Shown here piece by piece: positions 1 through 9,425 of a DNA stretch of 64,000 nucleotides. Position 1 is the first letter of the stretch, and each line of letters starts with the position of its first letter. Position numbers and translations under genes: made by a program. The DNA is from an uncultured candidate division Zixibacteria bacterium. GTDB lineage: Bacteria; Zixibacteria; MSB-5A5; UBA10806. The notes beneath the pieces were generated by a model. That model was given only the letters and a program-made list of their open reading frames with translations, was not told the origin of the DNA and made no database searches. The stretch covers positions 1 through 64,000 of the forward strand of contig CAWFQL010000003.1 in the NCBI GenBank assembly GCA_963817915.1, read 5' to 3'.

Positions 1-1725
1 CGATAATTCGAATTTGTCCGAGATCGGTACTTGCGATTCTGTTATGCCCGAAATCACGGGGGCGCTTCTGTGGACCTCAGCGGTATTTTCTTCGTTTTCA
101 ACATTTATTTCGGGGCAGTTTGCCTGCCAATCATCGCCCATGTTGACAACCTGGTATCCGGATCTATCTCCAAAACTCATCGAGACTGTGATAATCGAGT
201 CGTAATTGGCGCGATTCATTCCCGCGCGAAGATCAATAACAGTTACCTGGATGTCGCTTACATCTGAATTTCTAATTCGCAAGAATACCATTAATCTATC
301 GTGCGAGTAACGATACATCGTCCTGCCATGATGGTGGAAATGGCTGTTTCGGAAATCGCCGAACGCCAGGCCGAACGAGTAAAGCTGTCCCAACGATGTC
401 GTCAAATCCATCTTGATCGAATCCGCTGGATTCAATTCGGGCGCGTCGAGAATATTAACTTGAGCGAATAACCGTTCGGTTGTCCTATGGTGATGGTAGA
501 AGAACACGAACATACGTTCAACATCGACCACCAAAGTATCGTCTACCGTCAAAGTATCTTCAGGCGGAGGCGGAGGAGGAGGTGGCGGAGGCGGCGGAGG
601 AGGAGGGGGCGGAGGAGGAGGTGGCGGTGGAGGCGGAGGCGGCGGCGGAGCGTCCAACATCAATGACGCAATTCCACCACCGTAGGTTGAAACCCACGCG
701 TGATTAGTTGAGTCAAACGCTATATCGGAATAAAAGTCACCCCATATAAAATTATTGCGACCTGCTATATAGCCATGCCAGACACTATCGGGAGTCAACA
801 CCCAGACTCCATAGCCGCTTCCCAACCAGAGATCATTATTGCACGGCCTGGTTTTTATTGTATGGATAAATCCGTTTGTCATGGGCGAATTCGATGTATT
901 ATAAACGGTCCAGACGCTATCCGGAGTTAAAATCGCGAATCCAAATCCGCCGGTTCCAAAATAGACATTATGGTTATTCTGATTAACCTCGATTGATAAA
1001 AGCTGATTCGATGGCAGACGGCTGTTCCCGCTCGTGAATTTTATCCACGAAGATCCCTGATGCTTTACGGCGCCGCCATTTGATGTCGCGATCCATAAGG
1101 CGCCAGTGCCTCTGTCAAGCGACATACATCTGATAAAGTCCGACAAAAGATAAGTGCCCGCGGTTACATTAAATGTTTGCTGCGAGCTGTCGGCATAAGT
1201 AAATTCGGTTCTGGATGAGTAACGATATCTTATCCATCCGACACTATTATAAATCGTGATACCGCCGCCATAGGTCGATACATAGCGGGTATCACCATCT
1301 ACTATAATGCCGGTAACGAGCTGATTGATTTCGAGCCCCTGGTTTTCCATCGCCCATAAGGAATCGTTGTGATGGGCATGGGCCGCGCCATAACCGAATG
1401 GAGATATATCGAGATTTCCCGAGGTAGCGGCCACCCAGAGATCGCCATTGGGCAAATGAGTTATTTCGCGCGCGGCATTGATAGGTACTCCGCTATTGGT
1501 TTGATTCCAAATTGCCCAAACGGAACTATCTTTGACGACAATTCCGCTCCTCGAAGTACCAATATATTGTCTGCCGGTCGAGTCGAACTCGATACAGCTG
1601 ATATAATTGGTCGGCAACGGAGAATTTCCCTGGGTAAATACTGTCCAGGTAGAATCGGCAAATACTGCATTCGCCGAAAAGACTAATATTATTGAAAATA
1701 AAATTGCGGTCATTGATTTAAACAT
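1..1725 (-). CDS. Secreted beta-propeller protein with a 29-proline linker; partial, runs off the window edge, probably ending in a C-terminal sorting domain
   Basis: Hand-translated (absent from the ORF track). ATG at 1725 after an AGGAGG RBS; signal peptide MFKSMTAILFSIILVFSANAVFA; repeats such as NSPLPTNYISCI and NSRLPSNQLLSI; open to position 1, ending ...SDKFELS like the start of the FxLSQNYPNPFN domain. Confidence 0.8.
   Translation of the reverse strand, partial: MFKSMTAILFSIILVFSANAVFADSTWTVFTQGNSPLPTNYISCIEFDSTGRQYIGTSRSGIVVKDSSVWAIWNQTNSGVPINAAREITHLPNGDLWVAATSGNLDISPFGYGAAHAHHNDSLWAMENQGLEINQLVTGIIVDGDTRYVSTYGGGITIYNSVGWIRYRYSSRTEFTYADSSQQTFNVTAGTYLLSDFIRCMSLDRGTGALWIATSNGGAVKHQGSSWIKFTSGNSRLPSNQLLSIEVNQNNHNVYFGTGGFGFAILTPDSVWTVYNTSNSPMTNGFIHTIKTRPCNNDLWLGSGYGVWVLTPDSVWHGYIAGRNNFIWGDFYSDIAFDSTNHAWVSTYGGGIASLMLDAPPPPPPPPPPPPPPPPPPPPPPPPPPPPPEDTLTVDDTLVVDVERMFVFFYHHHRTTERLFAQVNILDAPELNPADSIKMDLTTSLGQLYSFGLAFGDFRNSHFHHHGRTMYRYSHDRLMVFLRIRNSDVSDIQVTVIDLRAGMNRANYDSIITVSMSFGDRSGYQVVNMGDDWQANCPEINVENEENTAEVHRSAPVISGITESQVPISDKFELS
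562..648 (-). repeat. 29 consecutive proline codons (CCN)
   Basis: (NGG)29 on the + strand, in frame with the CDS starting at 1725. Confidence 0.9.
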
Positions 1726-1766
1726 ATTAGCCTCCTGGTTACAGTTTGGCATTCACGACTAATACC

Positions 1767-1783
1767 TGCAAAAATGTTGCCTG
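1767..1783 (-). promoter_or_regulatory. Possible sigma54-type -24/-12 promoter
   Basis: Minus strand caGGcaacatttttGCa has GG-N10-GC spacing, about 40 bp upstream of the 1725 start. Confidence 0.3.
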
Positions 1784-2154
1784 ATGAAACAAAATCGGTA
1801 AAATTCACGATTTCGCAAAAAAGAACCCAAATCTTTACCAGATGCGCAGCCGGAATCGATTTATTGTATAATTTGAACCGGAATAACCATTTCTGACCGG
1901 CAATATTTTTGGCTTAATTACCAAATAATGTTCAAACAAAGTCAATTGACCAAGAATTGAACAGACCACTGAGCGCGCCGCCTGATGGAATGATGTCTGA
2001 AATAATACTTATCGAATGAGTGATTTCGACACCAAATTTAATTTTTAGCTCACCCTGCATTGCAGCGCAACTTGGCGGAAAAGGCAACATGAAATCATTT
2101 TTAATTTATGAATATTGTGTATAGATTTATAAGGGGTGCCCGACGGCAAGGAAA

Positions 2155-3513
2155 TTACTCTCTTGTTCCCTTTAGCGTATTAGCTGTAGCATCTGAAATT
2201 TTCACATTGATATAATCGCCGATTTTTTCCGATGAATGCGGGAAAATCACAGTCTTGTTGCCATCAGTACGGCCAGCCCATTCCGACGATCTCTTGCGGC
2301 TCGGTCCCTCGATAAGAATTTCATGGATTTGGCCGATATGCCGTTTATTGCGCTCGAGGCTGATTTTTTCCTGAATTTCGTTCAAAAGCACGATCCTATA
2401 TTTCTTTTCGTCGGCGGGGACATCGTCCGGCCATCGCCTCTTCGCGACAGTATTTTGCCGCTCGGAGTAATTGAATATAAACGCCGAATCGAATTTGATC
2501 TCCCTGAGGATTTTGACAGTTTCTTCGAATTCTTCCCTGGTTTCGGTAGGAAATCCGGTAATTATGTCAGTTGTAAGCACAATTTCCGGTAGAATTTCGC
2601 AAATTTTGCTAACTAGGGCTCTAAATTCGACAGCCGTGTATTTTCTATTCATCATCTTCAATACCCTATCAGAGCCCGCCTGCAACGGCAAGTGGATATG
2701 CTTACATATTTGGGGATGAGATTTCATAACCTGAAGCAACTCATCGGGAAAATCTTTCGGGTGCGGCGAAATAAATCTCACTCGTCTGATTTCTGGTATT
2801 TCCGCGACCGCACCGATTAATTCATCGAACTTACGGCCATCATGACCATAGGAATTGACATTCTGGCCGAGGAGAGTAACCTGAGTAAAGCCCTCGTTGA
2901 CCAATGCTTTCGTTTCATCGACTATACTTTCGATCGAACGGCTTCGTTCGCGGCCGCGCGCGTAAGGGACAGCGCAGAATGTACAAAAATTATCGCAGCC
3001 ACGCATAACAGCGATCCAGGCATTGACCCCTTCCTTGCGAATCGGGTAGATATCGTCGTAGGTTTCGAATTCGGAGAGGTCAAATGATGTTTCGAGATGG
3101 CCGGACTCTCTTGATTCAATGATCATCCGCGGAAGATTGCGATAGCTATCGGGTCCGGCGATAATCTCTATAGTCACGTTCATCTCCAGAAGATCCATTT
3201 TCAGGCTTTGGGCCATGCATCCGAGAACTCCGACTGTCAATTCCCTATCCTCGCGCATTTGATCGAGAATCTGGAGACGACCCAATACGCGGTTATGGGC
3301 ATTTTCGCGAACCGAGCAGGTATTTAGAAGAACAACGTCGGCTTTTTCGGCGCAGTCGACTTCCGTAAAGCCTGTTTTAATGAGAATCGCGCGAACAAGC
3401 TCGGTGTCATATTCGTTCATCTGGCAGCCGTAAGTTTCCAAATAAACTTTCAGGCCGTTGGGCGCGATATTCAAAGCAATCGAATCTACTTTTTCAGATC
3501 TGGCATTCTCCAT
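2155..3513 (-). CDS. miaB: tRNA-2-methylthio-N6-dimethylallyladenosine synthase
   Basis: YGCQMN and NTCSVRE UPF0004 motifs, radical SAM CDNFCTFC, C-terminal TRAM domain; start placed at MENARS. Confidence 0.93.
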   Translation of the reverse strand: MENARSEKVDSIALNIAPNGLKVYLETYGCQMNEYDTELVRAILIKTGFTEVDCAEKADVVLLNTCSVRENAHNRVLGRLQILDQMREDRELTVGVLGCMAQSLKMDLLEMNVTIEIIAGPDSYRNLPRMIIESRESGHLETSFDLSEFETYDDIYPIRKEGVNAWIAVMRGCDNFCTFCAVPYARGRERSRSIESIVDETKALVNEGFTQVTLLGQNVNSYGHDGRKFDELIGAVAEIPEIRRVRFISPHPKDFPDELLQVMKSHPQICKHIHLPLQAGSDRVLKMMNRKYTAVEFRALVSKICEILPEIVLTTDIITGFPTETREEFEETVKILREIKFDSAFIFNYSERQNTVAKRRWPDDVPADEKKYRIVLLNEIQEKISLERNKRHIGQIHEILIEGPSRKRSSEWAGRTDGNKTVIFPHSSEKIGDYINVKISDATANTLKGTRE

Positions 3514-3583
3514 AATTATCCGAAAAGATAAGGCAAATTGAATTTGGGTCAATCTAATTCTTGAGCGCTATATTGGCATATGG

Positions 3584-4096
3584 CTACTTGTGGAGTTGTC
3601 CGCTGACATGATAAACCTTTTCGTAAATATCGGGAGAGATCGATGGCCCCGGCATGGAACAGAATCTATTGAACGCCCGAATAAGATTCTCGGCGATTTC
3701 TTCGGTTGCCATTGATTCGATCTGCCATCGTTCCAGCATGAAGACGAGTTTGCCATTGGCGAAAAGCGCGATCGATGGCGAAGACGGTTCTCTGCCAATC
3801 ATGTAGCCGCGCGCGGCAGCTGTGGCCTCAATATCTACACCGGCGAAAACCGTGGCCAGATTATCTGGAATAACTGAATTTTGCAATGCCGATGCGACTC
3901 CGGGGCGAGCCTTGCCTGCCGCGCAATCACAAACAGAATTGACCATAATCATGGTTGTCTCCGATGTACGCCCCATTAGAATATCTATCTCAGAAACGCC
4001 CTTTAAGGATCGAAATCCAATCCTTTCCAATTGCTCCGTCATCGGGTGTATCATCTCAATGCTATATAAAGATTCCAACACTTGCTCCTTTTGCAA
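3584..4096 (-). CDS. BrxA/BrxB (YphP/YqiW) family bacilliredoxin-like protein
   Basis: VNSVCDCAAGKARP, TVFAGVDIEAT and PSSPSIALF match the family motifs. Confidence 0.85.
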   Translation of the reverse strand: MQKEQVLESLYSIEMIHPMTEQLERIGFRSLKGVSEIDILMGRTSETTMIMVNSVCDCAAGKARPGVASALQNSVIPDNLATVFAGVDIEATAAARGYMIGREPSSPSIALFANGKLVFMLERWQIESMATEEIAENLIRAFNRFCSMPGPSISPDIYEKVYHVSGQLHK

Positions 4097-4243
4097 ATCT
4101 ATTGTTTTTCATTACCATAACCCCTTTGAAAATAACAATACGGAAAGAGCATGCGGATGTTCCGCTATTTTGAAAATTATATTCATTATTATTAAGAATG
4201 AATAGGTTTAATGGAGACTATGAATTATCAGGCAGGGTCTATT

Positions 4244-4627
4244 CTATTTTACTACGACAGTATCGATAATTGTCGGCTCGCCCCTGGGAAAATGGAAAAT
4301 ATATGTGCCGGCCGCTGGAATTGAATATTGCCCGGTATATGTATAGTCGACTATAACATCGAAGCATATTAGCGCATCTTCGGGGAATCTCGATAAGGCA
4401 TCTACGTATATATTGTATCCATCCTCGCGATAGTCAACATGGGAAAATTCGTAGCACGAATTTCCATACCAGCAGTTAATGGTGATCGGAAAGGGTCGAT
4501 TTGAATATACAGTATCAGGCAGGGAAACAGAATGAATACCTGACGGCTCGAGCCTCCATTTGTCGTTATCGCTGCATGAAAATAAGAAGATGGCTATAAT
4601 CGGCAGAAAGACAATTATTCTTCTCAT
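4244..4627 (-). CDS. Hypothetical lipoprotein (tandem copy 1)
   Basis: Lipobox FLFSC, GGAGG RBS; highly similar to 4704-5087. Confidence 0.75.
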   Translation of the reverse strand: MRRIIVFLPIIAIFLFSCSDNDKWRLEPSGIHSVSLPDTVYSNRPFPITINCWYGNSCYEFSHVDYREDGYNIYVDALSRFPEDALICFDVIVDYTYTGQYSIPAAGTYIFHFPRGEPTIIDTVVVK

Positions 4628-4703
4628 GGCGCCTCCTTTATGAACCAATAAAATCTACAATTAATCCCGACTACAAACCATGAAAATAACAAGCTGGTCC
4701 ATT

Positions 4704-5087
4704 TTATTTTACTACGACAGTATCAAGCAGCGTCGGGCCGTACTGGGAAAAATGGAAGATATAAGTGCCGGCCGCCGAAATTGAATATTGCCCGGTATAT
4801 GAATATTCAACTATTACGAGGGGGCATGCTCGTGCCTCTTCGGGGAATCTCGATAAAGCATCTACGTATATATTGTAACCATCCTCGCGATAATCAACAT
4901 GGGAAAATTCGTAACACGAATTTCCATACCAGCAATTAATGGTGATCGGAAAGGGTTGATTTGAATATACAGTATCAGGCATGGAAACTGAACGAATATT
5001 TGACCGCTCGAGCCTCCATTTGTCGTTTTCGCTGCATGAAAATAAAAAGACGGCTATGATCGGCAGAAAGAAAAATATTCTTCGCAT
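4704..5087 (-). CDS. Hypothetical lipoprotein (tandem copy 2)
   Basis: Lipobox FLFSC, GGAGG RBS; paralog of the adjacent gene. Confidence 0.75.
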   Translation of the reverse strand: MRRIFFFLPIIAVFLFSCSENDKWRLERSNIRSVSMPDTVYSNQPFPITINCWYGNSCYEFSHVDYREDGYNIYVDALSRFPEEARACPLVIVEYSYTGQYSISAAGTYIFHFSQYGPTLLDTVVVK

Positions 5088-5190
5088 GGCACCTCCTCTT
5101 CTGATATATTTAATATACAATCGTCCGGGAGATTTAATCCATTAAAATATCATATAGAAGTAAACCGGGTTGATACAGATTGTCACAAAA

Positions 5191-5220
5191 TAAAAAGGGC
5201 CGGCGAATGCGCCAGCCCCT
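5191..5220 (-). terminator. Intrinsic terminator after the esterase gene
   Basis: Hairpin GGGCTGGCG/CGCCGGCCC followed by a T-run on the minus strand. Confidence 0.6.
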
Positions 5221-5240
5221 AAATTCGAAATTAAACTCGG

Positions 5241-6581
5241 CTATCTTGCTGCTCTAAATTTCGTATCGTGGAATTTAAGCACGGTCTTTAGCCGTTCGCC
5301 AATCAAAGTCGAATGATCGGCGAAGATATCATCGAACCCGCTATAAAGCTGGAATTCATGAGGCACACCCATGCTGACTGCTAATTGATCGAAGATCGTG
5401 GCGTGATACTGCAAGTATAATTGATCGCTGGTGCCGCAATCGAAATAGAGCGCTGTGGAATCGAATACTCCCGCGCCTCCGGTTGCGAATATCGACATGA
5501 CATCATTTGCGAGCCATAAATTCCAGATGGATTCAACCAGCTGACCGTTGACATCAAACGGAAGATCAACATATCCCGTGAATCCCACCGCAGAGAAAGA
5601 GTGGGCATAGGTCGTATCAGTATTGACGGGAGGCTGAGGATAATGCGGCGAAAAGGCCGCACCCATAGCAAACATCATGTTGGTCAGGTTCTTGCCGGTT
5701 CCAGGCCTGATTTGATAGAAGGCCACCGTATCACCGGGCGTAAAATGATTTTCGGCAAACATAGCTGGCATCAAGGAAACAAAACCCTGAAAAGCCGAAT
5801 CACCCAATGGTACGCTGCCGTAGAATGTTAATGGTGCCGACATCGCCGAGGCGGAGCTAAACAGGCTATTGCGGAGCATGGCAATTTTAATCGCGCCATA
5901 TCCGCCCATCGAATGTCCTGAAATGCCTCTGTGAGCCCTGTCGGTATAAGTATTGTAGGCCGAATCAATGAATGGAACAACTTCATTGGTAATAAAATCC
6001 TGCATTCTACCCGCGTATGACCGGCTGGTATCTCCGGGCGGGAATGAATTTGTATAAAAACTTCCCTTTAGATTATTTCCAGCGTCGGGGGTAACTACAA
6101 TCATAGGCTCAATCTGGCCCGAATTAATCAATTCATCCATTGTCGCCTTAAGGCCATATAAGCCCTCAAAATAAAGGTGATTCCCTCCGTAGCCATGGAG
6201 CAGATAAAGCACAGGATAATATTTACCTGCTAAAGTATCGCCGTATACGAATGTAGTTTCTGGCGGAATTATTTCAATCGAATCGGGAGGCGGTGGAACA
6301 GAATCGCCATGAATAATGGTATCGCCAGGAGTAATATGATCGATTCCCGTCTTGACGAAGGTCAACGTGTCGCCGACACTGTATCCCGGAGGCGTATAGA
6401 CGAGAATATGTCGAACATAGTAATCATTCATGATATCGCCTTGAATCGATCCCGACGTAAAGGACACAGTCATACAACTGCCTTCGGGTGCGCTCATATC
6501 GGCCGGATTGGTTCTTTTCGTACATTGTGCCAGAATTAATCCGAGCATCAACGAAACGATCAAAATAGCTATTTTTTTCAT
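5241..6581 (-). CDS. Putative lipoprotein esterase (alpha/beta hydrolase)
   Basis: YPVLYLLHG, GHSMGG nucleophile elbow, DCG and C-terminal His; LAQC lipobox-like signal. Confidence 0.85.
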   Translation of the reverse strand: MKKIAILIVSLMLGLILAQCTKRTNPADMSAPEGSCMTVSFTSGSIQGDIMNDYYVRHILVYTPPGYSVGDTLTFVKTGIDHITPGDTIIHGDSVPPPPDSIEIIPPETTFVYGDTLAGKYYPVLYLLHGYGGNHLYFEGLYGLKATMDELINSGQIEPMIVVTPDAGNNLKGSFYTNSFPPGDTSRSYAGRMQDFITNEVVPFIDSAYNTYTDRAHRGISGHSMGGYGAIKIAMLRNSLFSSASAMSAPLTFYGSVPLGDSAFQGFVSLMPAMFAENHFTPGDTVAFYQIRPGTGKNLTNMMFAMGAAFSPHYPQPPVNTDTTYAHSFSAVGFTGYVDLPFDVNGQLVESIWNLWLANDVMSIFATGGAGVFDSTALYFDCGTSDQLYLQYHATIFDQLAVSMGVPHEFQLYSGFDDIFADHSTLIGERLKTVLKFHDTKFRAAR

Positions 6582-6595
6582 TTTAGACCTCCCCC

Positions 6596-8116
6596 TTAAA
6601 ATCTATAGGTGATTGAGAGGTGTGAAGCGTATACCGACATTTTATAACTGCCGGGATAATTATCGTAGACTTTGTCACCATTGTTATCGACGAGAGCGGA
6701 TACTGTTCTATCCTTAAAGCCGATATATTCGAAATTGTAGGCCAATTCGATACCGGAGAATTTCAGAGCGGTCCCTATATTGTAGGAATTCTTATCGCCA
6801 ACATCCGGTATCAGCGGCGTGAACGAATTATCAGGAACTGGCGAAGGATCCAAATAATAGCCGAATCTTAGTCCCAGATAATCCTTAACCCAGTACTCGG
6901 CTCCCAGGGAGAATCTAAGTGTGTTCTTCCAATGCAGATATATAACCGAATTCTGAGCAGGAGCTCCGGATGGGTCGGCGCCATCCAAATTGATTAAAAT
7001 AGAATCGAGCCTTGACCAGTTGGTGTATGCGATATCGCCGGTGAATGTCAGCTTCGGACTTGCCTTGTAGGCTATGCCAAATCCGAAATCTGCCGGTGTT
7101 TTGAAATCGCCCTTGGCACTTGGAATAGCAACATGGTTTTCAAGATTGTTATCGAAAAGGAAATGCACGCTTGCGCTTTCGGCAAGTGAAGTGGCATTGT
7201 CCAGGAGAATATTGCGCAGATCGTTATTGTTCAAAGTATACAATTCTTGTCTGGATGTTCCGCTAAATTTGATGGTTGTACCGGTTCTTCCGGAAAGCCC
7301 GAATTGTAATTTATCATTGAACTTATAAAGCAACCCAAAATTTCCGCCGATGCCCCATCCATCTCCTTTGATAGTGCCGTCGATATAGAGATATTCGTGC
7401 GGTGCTGGCAGCCCCGAGCCCTTTAGATAGGTTTTCTCGAATGTTATGCTGCCGCGTTGTATCGCCAGGCCAGCGCCGACACTCAATTTACCATCGAGAA
7501 ATTCGCGCGCGACCGTAGGATGAATATCTATGATATTGAGATCGGTTTTATGATCTATTCCAGGAAACGGTCTGGCAAGGTCTCTGTTAACCGGATTCAT
7601 GAGGTCCCATTCGCTGCCAAGGCCGAACGGCACATAGATTGCCAGTCCCATGGTATAGCCTTTAAGGCTGGGAATATTGAAGAATCCTGAAAAGTCAGGG
7701 GCAAGTTCAGTATTATCAGAGGCGTATCTGGTGCTTCCATTGCGATAGCCGACATCAAGAGTACCATACATGATATCCGGATTAAATGATGCCCTTGGCG
7801 AAATAGCGACGAGCATGCCATTCAACTCTGTCTGTTTGACTTGAGTTAATCCTGCCGGATTCCAGTATGCCGCGCTCCAGTCATCGGCCAATCCTCTGAA
7901 TGCGCCACCCATGCCTATCGCTTTGGAACCGACACCGGAAAGCGCGAATCCGCCGGCAAATGCTGAATGGGCGAAAAAGATAGATGTCCCCAAAATTAAC
8001 AGGGCGGCCATGATTACAGCTTTTCCGGCCGACGCCCGTTTCCTTCGAGAGCAAACATCAACGAACATTTTTGTCATCTGCATCTCCTGACATTTTAAGT
8101 GTAGACTTATTTTCAT
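6596..8116 (-). CDS. OmpP1/FadL/TodX family outer-membrane transporter
   Basis: AGGFALSGVGSKAIGMGGAF and DDWSAAYWNPAGL hatch motif; C-terminal YRF. Confidence 0.9.
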   Translation of the reverse strand: MKISLHLKCQEMQMTKMFVDVCSRRKRASAGKAVIMAALLILGTSIFFAHSAFAGGFALSGVGSKAIGMGGAFRGLADDWSAAYWNPAGLTQVKQTELNGMLVAISPRASFNPDIMYGTLDVGYRNGSTRYASDNTELAPDFSGFFNIPSLKGYTMGLAIYVPFGLGSEWDLMNPVNRDLARPFPGIDHKTDLNIIDIHPTVAREFLDGKLSVGAGLAIQRGSITFEKTYLKGSGLPAPHEYLYIDGTIKGDGWGIGGNFGLLYKFNDKLQFGLSGRTGTTIKFSGTSRQELYTLNNNDLRNILLDNATSLAESASVHFLFDNNLENHVAIPSAKGDFKTPADFGFGIAYKASPKLTFTGDIAYTNWSRLDSILINLDGADPSGAPAQNSVIYLHWKNTLRFSLGAEYWVKDYLGLRFGYYLDPSPVPDNSFTPLIPDVGDKNSYNIGTALKFSGIELAYNFEYIGFKDRTVSALVDNNGDKVYDNYPGSYKMSVYASHLSITYRF

Positions 8117-8164
8117 TATTATTCACCAACACCCAATTATCCCCCTAAAAGCATGACCAATTAA

Positions 8165-8959
8165 TCATTTTTTATTTAGTTCAGCCAGCAAATTCTGAGC
8201 CTCGATCTTATATTTATCATCGAGAGGTCGCTGGGAAGCCAATGATAGACATTTCTGAAATTCTTCTTTTGCCAAATCATCCATATCATAAGTCATATAT
8301 GTAATGCCCATCTCAAGATGATGATTGATGTAATTCGGATTTAATTCGATAGCCTTTTTCATAAAATCCACAGCATCCTTTTTATTGGCCGCGCCGAGCC
8401 CCATAGGAGCCCGAATAAATTTCGGTTTTCTCCCGACTTCCCGATTCCATCGACCGAGAATATGCCAGGCGCCGTCATGCAACGAATCCAGCGCAAGTGC
8501 CATTTCCGCCTGTGCCTTAACCTGCTTGGCGATACTTGCGGATTTGAAGATACCTTTGAAAAGCGCGATCTTGCCTAACGCGCGGGCAAGCTGGAAATGA
8601 GCATCGGCATTTTTGTCATTTAACGCAATGGCCCTCTTCGCTTCATCGCGGGCATATTCGAATATAGCGAGTTGAGAATCTTTTGGCGCCATCTCGCCTT
8701 GAAAATTCAATGAGCGGCTCAATTTTAGATTGGCATCAAAGCTATTGCTATCGAGATCAACTGCTTCCTTATAGTACTTGGCGGATAATTTATAATCATT
8801 AATAAGGTAGAGGCTATCCCCAGCCGCTATGAGCGACGCTATATCCGAGGCCCACAAACTGGAATAGCAAAAACAAATTAGAGCTATCGAAAAAACTGAC
8901 AATTTAGTTCTTTTGATCAATATCGTTGTCCTAACGCCACGCAAACTACCCGGTTTCAT
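8165..8959 (-). CDS. Exported TPR-repeat protein
   Basis: Helical TPR-like repeats (AKRAIALNDKNADAHF, KKAIELNPNYINHH) and a hydrophobic N-terminus. Confidence 0.75.
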   Translation of the reverse strand: MKPGSLRGVRTTILIKRTKLSVFSIALICFCYSSLWASDIASLIAAGDSLYLINDYKLSAKYYKEAVDLDSNSFDANLKLSRSLNFQGEMAPKDSQLAIFEYARDEAKRAIALNDKNADAHFQLARALGKIALFKGIFKSASIAKQVKAQAEMALALDSLHDGAWHILGRWNREVGRKPKFIRAPMGLGAANKKDAVDFMKKAIELNPNYINHHLEMGITYMTYDMDDLAKEEFQKCLSLASQRPLDDKYKIEAQNLLAELNKK

Positions 8960-9029
8960 AAACGCGCCACGCCAATTTTTTTATTCAGCGCAAAGGCTCG
9001 GTCAAGTTACAAAAAAGCATATTCACTGT

Positions 9030-9425
9030 CAATAGTTGTGAAAAAGATTTATATGAACGGTCGCATTTACAATTTTGAAATAATAAACTAATCGAAATCT
9101 AAAAATATTATTGAATCGTCTCGCTAACTTCAATATTTTCGCAGTATGTTTTGAAAATGATCCTCGTAAATCGTTTGAATAAACAGCAGTATGAAATTCG
9201 AAAATTACTTTCTGTTTTATTCTTGACATTTCACCTCAATGACGATTTTTTACGTGTGTGAATGACGGTGCGAAAATGGGATGTGAGGATTAGAATTTTT
9301 TCCCGCCACCGCGTTAAGTAAGTAAAAAATAAAGTACCCCATTTGTAATAGAGCGAATTTGTTGATGGGGATAGTTTGCTCAAGAAAGTGTGGAGTTTTC
9401 CACAATTGTAGATAACTTTTCAACA
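9030..9425. promoter_or_regulatory. AT-rich dnaA upstream region with DnaA boxes; candidate oriC or autoregulatory region
   Basis: TTTTCCACA at 9396-9404, inverted TTATCTACA at 9407-9415, TTTTCAACA at 9417-9425; AT-rich from 9030 to 9250. Confidence 0.55.

Noticed and set aside
480..707. Glu/Ala-rich plus-strand ORF
   Set aside because: It is the antisense shadow of the polyproline tract
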